Part shown: in pieces, positions 10,118 through 18,895 of the stretch | How positions within the stretch are numbered: the stretch's first letter is position 1 | Layout: every line of letters begins with the position of its first letter | Assembly (NCBI GenBank): GCA_041661665.1 | Contig: JBAZTW010000002.1 | Coordinates: 62,764 to 126,763, forward strand | DNA from: Phycisphaerae bacterium | GTDB taxonomy: Bacteria; Planctomycetota; Phycisphaerae; Sedimentisphaerales; UBA12454 | DNA: 64,000 nt | Reading direction: 5' to 3' | Program-made: the position numbers and the translations under genes | Notes under the pieces: generated by a model | Databases searched by the model: none | Seen by the model: only the letters and a program-made list of their open reading frames with translations | What the model was told of the DNA's origin: nothing

Positions 10118-10266
10118 ATGCGCGAAAATAAAAAATTCACAAAAAACTTGCGCATTATGAGGCAACCGGCGGAGATGATAAATAATCTATCCCCTCTGAC
10201 GATTAGTAGAAAAAAATGTGGCAAGCCGCCTTGACAATATCTCACACAGCAAATACACTACGAATT

Positions 10267-11907
10267 ATGTCTGAATCTGAGAAAAAACCATTTGTCATTT
10301 TCATATATTCTGTCTTGATATTGAGTGCCTTGCTGGTCTTCTGGCGGGTCCGCAATTTCAATTTTGTCACCTACGATGATAATAAATATGTCTACGGAAA
10401 TCAGTACGTTTTAAACGGCCTCACATCCTCCGGCGTCATTTGGGCTTTTACAACCAACGTGTCCAGCCATTGGCATCCTCTGACATGGCTGTCTCTAATG
10501 CTCGACTGCCAGTTGTTCGGCACCAATCCCGGCCGGATGCATCTTGTAAATCTCTTTCTGCATATTGTAAATACTTTGCTGCTTTTCTATATTCTCAAAA
10601 AAATGACAGGCTCATTATGGCCGAGTGCATTTGTCGCCGCCGCCTTTGCCATTCATCCGATGCATGTGGAGTCGGTTGTATGGATAGCGGAACGAAAGGA
10701 TATTTTGAGCGCATTATTCTGGCTCCTTACGACGGCAGCGTATCTTGCCTATGTCCGTCGTCCAGGCGTGTTTCGATATACCATAACTCTGACGCTTTTT
10801 GCGCTTGGCCTTATGGCCAAACCGATGCTCGTAACATTGCCGTTTGTTCTGCTTCTTCTGGACTATTGGCCGCTGGGTCGATTTGCGGCGCATCGAACCG
10901 TCAAGACTGCAGGCGGTAAATCACGCAAACCTGCCCCCGCTTGCGACCGACGCGCGATTCTGTATAAGATAATAATCGAAAAAATTCCCTTTTTAATTCT
11001 TGTTGTTATTTCAAGTGTAATCACTTTCCTGGTGATGCGAAGTAACAGAATAATAGTTGATATGGACGCGTTTCCTCTGAACCGTAGAATTGCCAATGCT
11101 GTCGTTTCTTATGCGAGGTATATGGGTAAAGTATTCTGGCCGCAAAATCTCGCGGTTTTTTATCCTTTGGATGCCAATAGCTTTGTATTCTGGCGGGTTG
11201 TGCTTTGTGCCGTGCTATTGGTTGGTATATCTTTTCTCGTGATTCGCTTTGGACGGAAACAAAAGTATTTGCCGGTTGGCTGGTTCTGGTTTGCCGGAAC
11301 GCTTATACCAGTCATAGGCCTTGTTCAGGTTGGCGGCCAGGCGTATGCCGACCGATACACCTACATCTCGTATATAGGTCTTTTTATAATGATTGCGTGG
11401 GGGCTGCCGGAGCTTTTTTTGAGATGGCCGCTGCGAAAAATCGTTCTCGGCCTATCGATGGTAATAGTACTGACAACACTCGGAATATGCGCCAGCCTGC
11501 AGGTAAGCCATTGGAAGAACAGCGTCAGCCTTTTTACCCATGCGATTAAAGTAACGAAGGATAATTATATTGCGTACAGCAATCTTGGAGCTGCCTACGG
11601 CAAACTTGGCCGCTATCAGGATGAGATAGAATCCTGTAAACAGGCTATCAGAATCAAGCCGGATTTGGCCGAGGCGTACAATAATGTTGGCAATGCCTGC
11701 GGCAACCTCGGTCGTTGGCAGGATGCGATAGAGGCCTATAAGCAGGCTGTAAGAATCAGGCCTGATTTAGCCGAGGCGCACTATAATCTTGGAGCGGCGT
11801 ATTTAACAACCGGCAGCAAAGGTTTAGCCATTGAAGAATATAAAATCTTAAAAACACTGAACGCTGAGATGGCAAACGAATTGTTTAACTTGATTGATTA
11901 TAAGTAG
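10267..11907 (+). CDS. TMTC-like GT-C glycosyltransferase (DUF1736-type membrane domain) with C-terminal TPR repeats
   Basis: Polytopic N-terminal domain with the first-loop FVTYDDNKYV acidic motif. Three or more C-terminal TPRs (AYSNLGAAYGKLGRYQDEIESCKQAIRIKPDLAEAYNN...). ATG at 10267 preferred; the track ORF starts at 10216. Confidence 0.65.
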   Translation: MSESEKKPFVIFIYSVLILSALLVFWRVRNFNFVTYDDNKYVYGNQYVLNGLTSSGVIWAFTTNVSSHWHPLTWLSLMLDCQLFGTNPGRMHLVNLFLHIVNTLLLFYILKKMTGSLWPSAFVAAAFAIHPMHVESVVWIAERKDILSALFWLLTTAAYLAYVRRPGVFRYTITLTLFALGLMAKPMLVTLPFVLLLLDYWPLGRFAAHRTVKTAGGKSRKPAPACDRRAILYKIIIEKIPFLILVVISSVITFLVMRSNRIIVDMDAFPLNRRIANAVVSYARYMGKVFWPQNLAVFYPLDANSFVFWRVVLCAVLLVGISFLVIRFGRKQKYLPVGWFWFAGTLIPVIGLVQVGGQAYADRYTYISYIGLFIMIAWGLPELFLRWPLRKIVLGLSMVIVLTTLGICASLQVSHWKNSVSLFTHAIKVTKDNYIAYSNLGAAYGKLGRYQDEIESCKQAIRIKPDLAEAYNNVGNACGNLGRWQDAIEAYKQAVRIRPDLAEAHYNLGAAYLTTGSKGLAIEEYKILKTLNAEMANELFNLIDYK

Positions 11908-12144
11908 GTATTCCCTGCCGGCAATATTTTTACTTTTTGGCTTGGGCAGATAAAGATGAAATTGACGCGTCGGCCTTGGGTGAGTGCGTTTTCGACGGAA
12001 CTGCTGAAGCTTCTATGCCGCCTTATGACTGGGCATTGTTGGCTGATTTGGATAATAACGGCGCTGTAGGTTTTTCAGAAGCCGGTTTCTTCGTAGCCTT
12101 GCGAAGTATAATGGCGATGGCGGATGCCGGGGGTAATAAAAAAT

Positions 12145-12531
12145 CAGAGCCCAAGCGACAGCGCAGGGTGTTTCGTAGGGGCAGACCTATGTGTCTGCCC
12201 ACTGTCATTCCTCGAAGACCCCTTTGGGGGAGCGCAGTCGAACCAAGGCGGGAATCCATTGTATTTAGCCCCCTGGCCTGCCAGGGGGTTCATCATTCCA
12301 ATCGCATCAGAACGCAGGGTGTTTCGTAGGGGCAGACCTATGTGTCTGCCCACTGTCATTCCTCGAAGACCACTTTGGGGGAGCGCAGTCGAACCAAGGC
12401 GGGAATCCATTGTATTTAGCCCCCTGGCCTGCCAGGGGGTTCATCATTCCAACCGCATCAGAGCGTAGGGTGTTTCGTAGGGGCAAGACCTATGTGTCTG
12501 CCCACAAACAGAGCCCCAAGGGTAACGCGGG
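12145..12531. repeat. REP/BIME-like array: 151-bp composite unit x about 2.3, bounded by CAGAGCCC.AAG...GCG.GGG motifs
   Basis: GGGTGTTTCG recurs at 12166, 12317 and 12468 (period 151). Units 1 and 2 differ at about 4 positions. Each unit contains hairpins GGCAGAC-CTATGT-GTCTGCC and CCCCCTGG-CCTG-CCAGGGGG. The flanking motif 12145-12168 is the exact reverse complement of 26075-26098. Confidence 0.9.
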
Positions 12532-12544
12532 GTCATTAAATCTC

Positions 12545-12594
12545 ATCGGCCATCAGGCCGATTCCTCAATTCTTCATTCTTCAATCTTCAATTC
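12545..12594 (+). repeat. GC hairpin + pyrimidine-rich low-complexity tail module
   Basis: ATCGGCC-ATCA-GGCCGAT followed by TCCTCAATTCTTCATTCTTCAATCTTCAATTC. Same architecture as 28656-28737, 34305-34356 and 58085-58133. Confidence 0.6.
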
Positions 12595-12608
12595 TATCCC
12601 CTATTCCA

Positions 12609-12864
12609 GAATTGTTTGGTCTTTAATTCCGCCCTGCAAAAACCACTCAAAACTCACCAAAACTTGCAAAAAATCCGTAAAATCCGTGCAATCCGTGGTT
12701 AAAACTATTTAAAATTTGTCAAAACTTTACGAAATTTTTCATTTTCTTGCGCTTTTGGCAAGGGTCTATAATGTCCAGAATGTATTTTTAGCCTAAAAAA
12801 CGAGTTTATCCCCCAAAATCACTCAAAAAAAGTGTCCGAAAACGCGCAAGTTTTCAATTTTTTT
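12609..12864 (-). repeat. About 255-bp intergenic repeat, copy 1 (inverted relative to copy 2 at 28878-29130)
   Basis: The reverse complement aligns along its length with 28878-29130. Shared blocks: AAAACTTGCGC, TTCTGGA.ATTA.AGACCC, AAAAGCGCAAGAAAATG, TTAACCAC.GATT.CACGGATTT.AC.GATTTTTGCAAGTTTT. Roughly three quarters of positions match by eye. Confidence 0.8.
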
Positions 12865-12934
12865 GTTTTTTCAGATGTTTTAACAACTTTGTTTTTCATT
12901 GAAAAAAGATTCAAATCTGGTTTAATTGCCGACT

Positions 12935-13927
12935 ATGAAAAATATATCAATTATTGGCGATGGGGCAATGGGCAGTGTTTGTGCGATGATGCTCTGTCAA
13001 AAGCATTATGCGGTTCGTATGTGGGGCTATGATGCGAAACAACTCGGCGAGATTGAAAAGAAAAGAGAAAATTTTAAATTCCTGCCCGGCTATAAACTCC
13101 CCGATGAACTTGCGTTTGAATCGCGAGATTCAGAAATTCTAAAAGACGCTGATTTAATCGTCTCGGCGGTACCTTGTCAATATATGCGAAGTGTATTTGC
13201 CCGGCTTAAAAATCATTTTAATCCCGCTGTGCCGATAGTATCTGTAACCAAAGGCGTTGAAAACGGCACATTGCTGCGGCCAAGTCAGATACTTGCCGAT
13301 GTTCTCGGCGGCGATATAAAAGTTGTCGCATTGAGCGGGCCTACGATTGCTGATGAGCTTGTGAGAAAACTGCCCGCTACGGCGACGGCAGCGTGCGAAG
13401 ATGAAGAGCTTGCCAAAATTGTTCAGGATATTTTCACAATGCCTTATTTCAGGATTTATCGTAATACCGATATTGTCGGCGTTGAGTTGGCAGGGGCGAT
13501 GAAAAATGTAATTGCTATCGCGGCGGGCATTGTTGACGGCATTAAAGTCGGCGATAACGCAAAGGCTGCGCTGCTGTGCAGAGGACTTGCGGAGATTACA
13601 AGGCTCGGCCTTGCGCTTGGCGCAAAGGAACAGACCTTTGCAGGTTTAAGCGGATTGGGAGATTTGGTTACAACATGTATTTCGCCGATGGGCAGGAACA
13701 GAACCTTTGGCCAGAGAATTGGAAAAGGTCAAAGTGTCAAAGAGGCTCTCGCTGCCACAGCAAGCGTTGTTGAAGGTGCGGCAACGTGCAAATCCATTGT
13801 GGAATTAGCCAAAAAACGCAATATAGATATGCCTATCACAGAGTCGGTTTATCAGATATTATTCTGCGGCAAAGGCGTATTAGAGGCTATTGAAGAGCTT
13901 ATGAAGCGGAAATTGAAGGCTGAGTAA
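12935..13927 (+). CDS. gpsA: NAD(P)H-dependent glycerol-3-phosphate dehydrogenase
   Basis: MKNISIIGDGAMGSV Rossmann start and full-length GpsA-like sequence (LSGPT.A.E, GDL..TC.S..GRNR..G). ATG at 12935; the track ORF begins at a TTG at 12926. Confidence 0.9.
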   Translation: MKNISIIGDGAMGSVCAMMLCQKHYAVRMWGYDAKQLGEIEKKRENFKFLPGYKLPDELAFESRDSEILKDADLIVSAVPCQYMRSVFARLKNHFNPAVPIVSVTKGVENGTLLRPSQILADVLGGDIKVVALSGPTIADELVRKLPATATAACEDEELAKIVQDIFTMPYFRIYRNTDIVGVELAGAMKNVIAIAAGIVDGIKVGDNAKAALLCRGLAEITRLGLALGAKEQTFAGLSGLGDLVTTCISPMGRNRTFGQRIGKGQSVKEALAATASVVEGAATCKSIVELAKKRNIDMPITESVYQILFCGKGVLEAIEELMKRKLKAE

Positions 13928-14073
13928 AATCGGCCTATAAGGGCAGACACGCGGGTCTGTCTCTATCTAGAGGAGAGGCATATTTTTTCGGACGCACATC
14001 CATAAATTTGCGATTTTCGTTCTATTACTTATATTTTATCAGGCGGAAATTTCCCCGCGCCTATAGATAATAG

Positions 14074-14166
14074 TATGTGTTTTAGAAAGTTGTGAATTGA
14101 GATGCAATGTTTGACGATAAATATGTGTTATGGGAATATGAATTGAGACGCAGTGTTTAAATTTTT
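14074..14166 (+). repeat. Tandem about 46-bp duplication spanning the pilM start
   Basis: TATGTGTT...TGAATTGAGATGCAATGTTTGA (to 14114) is repeated as TATGTGTT...TGAATTGAGACGCAGTGTTTAA (14139-14160). The 22-nt cores match 19/22. Confidence 0.8.
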
Positions 14167-15157
14167 CTCACAAAAGGCTTTTCCAATCGGAGTGGAAATT
14201 ACCGCTAAAACCGTGCGGATGGCGCAGCTCGGCCTGTCTGATGGCAGGGTAACGCTGATTGCAGGCGGCAGCGAGGTTTTGCCGGACGGAATCGAGCCGT
14301 ACAGCGGACAGTGGCAGCGGTGCATCATTGAGGCGGTAAAGAGCATTTACTCGGCAGCTCCGTTCAAGTCAAAAGATGTTGTAACGGTAATGCCGTCTGT
14401 TGATGTTTTCAGCAAAGAGATAAAAAAGAGGCTGAATCCCGGACAGGATGCCGGATTGGCTCTGGATGCGGAAGCTAAAAAATTGCTGCCGTTTGCGGAT
14501 AATGGAGCTATGGTCAGGCATATTGTCCTGGATGATAATCGAGGGCCTGCGGAGGAAAAGGATATACTGATTCTGGCGGCTGAAAAATTTAAAGTCGAAA
14601 GACATCTGGCGATTTTTGAAAAAGCTCGGCTCAATGTAAAGGCTATAAGCGTTTGGCCGATTATTCTTGTGAACAGCTATGTGAATTTTTTTGGCAGAAG
14701 AAAAGCCGACGCTGATGCGGTTGTTATGCTGATAAACGCTTCTCAGGCTGATTGCAGCGTTGTTATATGCAGAGGCCGGAGTATTCTCTTCGCAAGGACG
14801 ATACCGTTCGGAATAAATTCTCTTAATCAGAGTATGGGGCCGGAAAAACTTACCGGCCAAATCGATGTCTGCATCAGATATTTTCAGAATACAGACAGGA
14901 CATCGACAATAGAAAGAATTCTGCTGTTTGCCAATGATGGGGCAGGCCATGGGCTTGTACAGTGCGTTCTGGCCGTTGCGAAAAAGCATACGACTGTCGC
15001 ACATATCGGCGATGTGCTTCGAGCCATAGATAATAACGACCTGTTCAAACGCGGCATTGACGCAAGGGGCGCAAAAGATGACTGGACAACGGCATTTGGT
15101 CTGAGCCTATCCGCCGAGAAGGGCTGGGGGCTGGAGGGTTTAATATGGCACAGATAG
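14153..15157 (+). CDS. pilM: Type IV pilus assembly protein PilM-like (actin-like ATPase fold)
   Basis: 334 aa with a GTG start. N-terminal PIGVEITAKTVRMAQL pattern. First gene of a pilMNO-pilB-pilT-pilC operon with overlapping junctions. Confidence 0.7.
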   Translation: MFKFFSQKAFPIGVEITAKTVRMAQLGLSDGRVTLIAGGSEVLPDGIEPYSGQWQRCIIEAVKSIYSAAPFKSKDVVTVMPSVDVFSKEIKKRLNPGQDAGLALDAEAKKLLPFADNGAMVRHIVLDDNRGPAEEKDILILAAEKFKVERHLAIFEKARLNVKAISVWPIILVNSYVNFFGRRKADADAVVMLINASQADCSVVICRGRSILFARTIPFGINSLNQSMGPEKLTGQIDVCIRYFQNTDRTSTIERILLFANDGAGHGLVQCVLAVAKKHTTVAHIGDVLRAIDNNDLFKRGIDARGAKDDWTTAFGLSLSAEKGWGLEGLIWHR

Positions 15158-15828
15158 ATTTTGTACCTGATGATTATATTCAGCGAAAAGAATCGCGAAG
15201 AGCGAACTTCTTTTACCTTGCGCTTCTGGCTCTGATAGTGGCTGGAATAACAGGGTCTTTCGGCATTATCAAAGTTCGCCAGCATGCGGTCAAAAATGAG
15301 ACAAAAGCGGTTGACGCGAGAATGGCTATTGTACAGCAGGCAGTAAAACAGCTTGAGCAGCTTCAGGTTAAAAAGCAGGAAATGATGAAAACCGCGCTGC
15401 TTACCGCCGAACTTATCGAGCCTGTGCCGAGAAGTCTGATTGTCGCGATGCTTACAAATTTTCTGCCGGACAGTGTATCTCTGTCGAAGATTAAGATTGT
15501 GCAAAAAGCTTCATCTAATCAGAAACTCAGCCAATACGACGCTGCCAAGGCGGCAGCGGTGCAAAAGTCGCCTGTGCAGGATGTTATCACGGAGCTTGAA
15601 ATTGAAGGCCTTGCCGCCAGCGACATCGGCGTTGCCGATTATATCGCAAATCTGAGTAAATCGAATATGCTGGAAAACGTTAGTCTTGTGCAGTCGAAAC
15701 AGAAAGACACGGTTGGGGGCGGCAGTTATAGAGAGTTTAAGCTGACAGCTCAGATTCGCAGGAGTTTTACGGCAGGCAATGATGAAGTTGAAAAAATTCG
15801 CAATTATCAAAGTGTAAAAAAGTTATAA
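15145..15828 (+). CDS. pilN: PilN-like bitopic pilus assembly protein
   Basis: 227 aa with a short cytoplasmic N-terminus, one TM segment (FFYLALLALIVAGITGSFGII) and a coiled-coil periplasmic part. Overlaps the pilM end by 13 nt. Confidence 0.55.
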   Translation: MAQIDFVPDDYIQRKESRRANFFYLALLALIVAGITGSFGIIKVRQHAVKNETKAVDARMAIVQQAVKQLEQLQVKKQEMMKTALLTAELIEPVPRSLIVAMLTNFLPDSVSLSKIKIVQKASSNQKLSQYDAAKAAAVQKSPVQDVITELEIEGLAASDIGVADYIANLSKSNMLENVSLVQSKQKDTVGGGSYREFKLTAQIRRSFTAGNDEVEKIRNYQSVKKL

Positions 15829-15841
15829 GGCATAAGGGATA

Positions 15842-16369
15842 ATGAACAGTAGTTTTAGAAAATTTGTTTTATTTATAACGCTTGTCGCCCTGGCGTGGTT
15901 TTCATACGTCTATATGATAAAACCAGCCAATGCGGAGATAGCTAATCAGCGAAGCGGGATAAATGCCAAACAGGCGAAACTTAATGAACTTGAGAAGTTA
16001 AGCGGCGCCGCCGACGATGCCGGCAGGCAGCTTTCAAAACTTGCAGAGGCGGTAAAGTTCTTTCAGGATAAACTGCCGCCCGAAAGCGAAATACACAAAG
16101 TCCTTGAAAGCATTACGCTGATAGCGCAAAAACAGGGGCTCGACTGCGGCAAAATTACCGCGATGAAATCGAAAGACTGCAACGGCTATATCGAACAGCC
16201 TTTGGAAATGGAACTCAGCGGAAATTTTCAGGCGTTTTACAACTTTCTAATCGAAGTGGAAAAATTGCAGAGAATTATCAGAGTTAGAGAGCTTGAGCTG
16301 AAAAAGGATGCGACTAAACCCGGTCAGCTTAATGCGGATATGACAATAAGCGTATTTTTCAGTACATAA
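15842..16369 (+). CDS. pilO: PilO-like bitopic pilus assembly protein
   Basis: 175 aa with an N-terminal TM segment, a coiled coil, then a ferredoxin-like C-terminal part (MELSGNFQAFYNFLIEVEKL). Positional support in the operon. Confidence 0.55.
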   Translation: MNSSFRKFVLFITLVALAWFSYVYMIKPANAEIANQRSGINAKQAKLNELEKLSGAADDAGRQLSKLAEAVKFFQDKLPPESEIHKVLESITLIAQKQGLDCGKITAMKSKDCNGYIEQPLEMELSGNFQAFYNFLIEVEKLQRIIRVRELELKKDATKPGQLNADMTISVFFST

Positions 16370-16383
16370 AGCAGTAGATAAAA

Positions 16384-17001
16384 ATGACACTACTTAACGA
16401 ATTAAACGGTCGAACGGAATCGGAAGATTCCAAACAAAGCGAAATAATCCAGCCGCAGGTGCAGGAGAAAAACGTCAGACAGACGACGTTTATCCTCATC
16501 GGCGCAATAGCGATTGTTTTTGCAGGCGTATGGGTAATGCACAAAAAAAACACGCCGGCGAAAGCGACTGCGGCGGTTAATGAGCAGCAGCTCCAGATTG
16601 AGTCGGCTATATCGCAGCTCACCGGTATGAACAAGGAAAATGTCAGCCAGGTTGATGAAGTTGTAAAAAGGTTTTATGAGTTCGCTGATTTCGAACAGGT
16701 CAGGCCTGAGCAGCTTAAAGCAGACCCGTTCGGTCTTAACTGGGCAGCGGCGATTATGTCCGCTCCTGTCGGTGCGAATAAAAGTGGAATGACAGAATCG
16801 ACCGCCAATGCCCCGAAAATGGAGCTTTTGAGCATTCTTAAATCGAAATACGGCAATTGCTGTATGATTGATGATATGCTTTTGTATAAGGGCGATAAGA
16901 TAAACGGCTTTGAGGTTGTGGAAATAGGCGACGATTTCGCAAGACTGCAATCCGCAGGCCATACCATAACTTTGTATCTTCAGACAGAGAATGATAAATA
17001 A
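16384..17001 (+). CDS. Hypothetical single-pass membrane protein in the PilP position
   Basis: 205 aa with one TM segment (TFILIGAIAIVFAGVWV) and a C-terminal beta-rich segment (GNCCMIDDMLLYKGDKINGFEVVEIGDDFARLQ). No family recognised with confidence. Confidence 0.5.
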   Translation: MTLLNELNGRTESEDSKQSEIIQPQVQEKNVRQTTFILIGAIAIVFAGVWVMHKKNTPAKATAAVNEQQLQIESAISQLTGMNKENVSQVDEVVKRFYEFADFEQVRPEQLKADPFGLNWAAAIMSAPVGANKSGMTESTANAPKMELLSILKSKYGNCCMIDDMLLYKGDKINGFEVVEIGDDFARLQSAGHTITLYLQTENDK

Positions 17002-18844
17002 AATAAAAAAAATATTGGACTCAACAGGAATGTATTTTGACGATGGCAGAGGCCAGTCAATAACGCTGAATTCCTCTGGAAAAGTGGCAGGGCTTACCAC
17101 GATTTATTCGCCGCAGGACGAAACAAAAAATACCGCCGGCGGCTGCGTAAGAGATGTAGCCGATGCGCTCGTTGCTATCGGAAGACTCACTAATGACGAA
17201 TTAGCAAACGTAAGAGGGGAGCAGTTTAAAAACACCGGCGAAGACACCTCCCAAATTCTGCTGCGGCTCGGATATGTTGATAAAGAGGATATTTTTGCCG
17301 CAAAAGCGCACATATACGGATTTGAATTCAGGCATATAAAACCCGAGCAAATCGACCGTCGGGCGTTTGAAAAACTTGATGCCGGGTTTATGGCAGGCAA
17401 TAGAATTGTGCCAATGACCATCGAGGACAATCTTTTTACCATCGCCACGGCAGAACCGGAAAATGTTTTCGCTATCGACGAGGTCAAAGTACGCACAGGT
17501 CTGGATGTGAACGTTATAGTGTGCAGCGCGGAAGATATAGATAATGCAATCAATGTGCTGAGCGGCAAAAGAGCCGATTACCGCGTCGAGGAATTTCTCG
17601 CTGATATATCCGAAGTGGAAGTTGTAGAAAAAACCCAGGAACAGACCGAAGACCTCGAAAAAATGGCCGGTGAGTCTCCGGTAATAAAATTCGTGAATTA
17701 TTTAATCAGCCACGCCATAAGACAGGGCGCAAGCGATATTCATATCGAGCCTAAGGGCAAGGAAACAAAAATCCGTTACAGAATAGACGGAGTTTTGTTT
17801 GAGGAAATGCTGCCTCCGGCACAAATGCATGCTGCGATTGTGTCGCGACTGAAAATTATGAGCAATCTTGATATTTCTGAACGAAGACTGCCGCAGGATG
17901 GAAAAATAGCTGTTGTTGTCGGTGGGAGAGGAATTGATTTGCGAGTTTCTTCTCTGCCGACAACGTATGGCGAAAAGGTCGTTATCAGAGTTCTCGACAG
18001 CAGGTCGATTCTGAGAGGCTTAGACAATTCCGGAATGGCCGAAGCAATGAAAACAGAATTCATCGAGCAAATACACAGGCCAAACGGAATATTGCTCGTT
18101 ACAGGCCCTACCGGAAGCGGAAAAAGCACGACGCTTTATTCATCGCTGGGCCTTATGGACGGCAAGAGCCTTAATATATCCACGGTTGAAGACCCGGTCG
18201 AATATGAACTCCAGTTCGCTAATCAGGTTAATGTTAACGACCGCATTGGGATGACATTCGCTGCCGCGCTTAGAAGTCTGCTCAGGCAGGACCCTGATAT
18301 TATAATGGTTGGTGAAATCCGAGACTGTGAAACCGCGCGTATCGCGGTTCAGGCGGCGCTGACCGGCCATCTGGTGCTGTCAACGCTGCATACCAACGAT
18401 GCGCCGGGTTCGATTACAAGATTGGTAAATATCGGCGTTGAGCCTTATCTGATTTCGGCAGCTCTTAATGCGGTTTTGGCGCAGAGACTTGTCAGAAAAA
18501 TTTGCCCCAACTGCAAAGAACGGTACAGGCCGTCAGATAACCTTCGCAGATGTGCGGCGAAAATGGGCGTTGAGCCGGAAGCATTATATCGCGGCAAAGG
18601 CTGCGATAACTGCCGCAAAAGCGGCTACATCGGCAGAATAGGCATTTATGAGCTGCTTGTTATTGATGAAGAGTTTAAGGCTATAATAAATGAAAACTGC
18701 TCTATGGATAGTTTAAAAGCGGCCTTTGAAAAAAAGAATAAAGGCTCGTTATATCAGGATGGTATGCAAAAAGTTCGTGACGGCATAACGACAATAGATG
18801 AAGTTCTTCGTGTTACGGAAGCATATCAGCATAAGTCGGTATAA
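16991..18844 (+). CDS. pilB: GspE/PilB-family type II/IV secretion assembly ATPase
   Basis: 617 aa. T2SSE_N-like N-domain, Walker A GPTGSGKST, Asp/His boxes, and the tetracysteine motif CPNC...CDNC. Confidence 0.9.
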   Translation: MINKIKKILDSTGMYFDDGRGQSITLNSSGKVAGLTTIYSPQDETKNTAGGCVRDVADALVAIGRLTNDELANVRGEQFKNTGEDTSQILLRLGYVDKEDIFAAKAHIYGFEFRHIKPEQIDRRAFEKLDAGFMAGNRIVPMTIEDNLFTIATAEPENVFAIDEVKVRTGLDVNVIVCSAEDIDNAINVLSGKRADYRVEEFLADISEVEVVEKTQEQTEDLEKMAGESPVIKFVNYLISHAIRQGASDIHIEPKGKETKIRYRIDGVLFEEMLPPAQMHAAIVSRLKIMSNLDISERRLPQDGKIAVVVGGRGIDLRVSSLPTTYGEKVVIRVLDSRSILRGLDNSGMAEAMKTEFIEQIHRPNGILLVTGPTGSGKSTTLYSSLGLMDGKSLNISTVEDPVEYELQFANQVNVNDRIGMTFAAALRSLLRQDPDIIMVGEIRDCETARIAVQAALTGHLVLSTLHTNDAPGSITRLVNIGVEPYLISAALNAVLAQRLVRKICPNCKERYRPSDNLRRCAAKMGVEPEALYRGKGCDNCRKSGYIGRIGIYELLVIDEEFKAIINENCSMDSLKAAFEKKNKGSLYQDGMQKVRDGITTIDEVLRVTEAYQHKSV

Positions 18845-18895
18845 AATCAGACCGATAATAAACTAATAGTAAATAGCCAATGGTTGGTAGATAAT

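Noticed and set aside
11940-12130. Possible remnant of a secreted-protein C-terminus (LADLDNNGAVGFSEAGFF resembles dockerin/EF-hand-like DxNxDGxV segments)
   Set aside because: It is a short, isolated match with no upstream coding continuation and a non-ATG start. It cannot be distinguished from chance without a database search. Left as a note, not a feature.
12163-12505. Regularly spaced repeats that could be mistaken for a CRISPR array
   Set aside because: The whole 151-bp unit is repeated, so there are no unique spacers between short repeats. The units are composite hairpin modules, and no cas genes or leader are present.
11937-12712. Track ORFs on both strands inside the repeat mosaic (11937..12329, 12124..12468, 12410..12712, 12023..12259, 12144..12410)
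   Set aside because: They are read-throughs of tandem palindromic DNA. The same peptide (VFRRGRPMCLPTVIPRRPLWGSAVEPRRESIVFSPLACQGVHHSN) repeats because the DNA repeats. They overlap each other on both strands and lack convincing starts or ribosome-binding sites.
14369-17100. Long antisense ORFs across the pilus operon (14369..15004, 14884..15504, 16402..17100, 17104..17568); similar ones lie opposite dxr (44013..44744) and purH (60236..60844)
   Set aside because: These are shadow ORFs opposite well-supported genes with clear family motifs. Their products are low-complexity with no recognisable domains.
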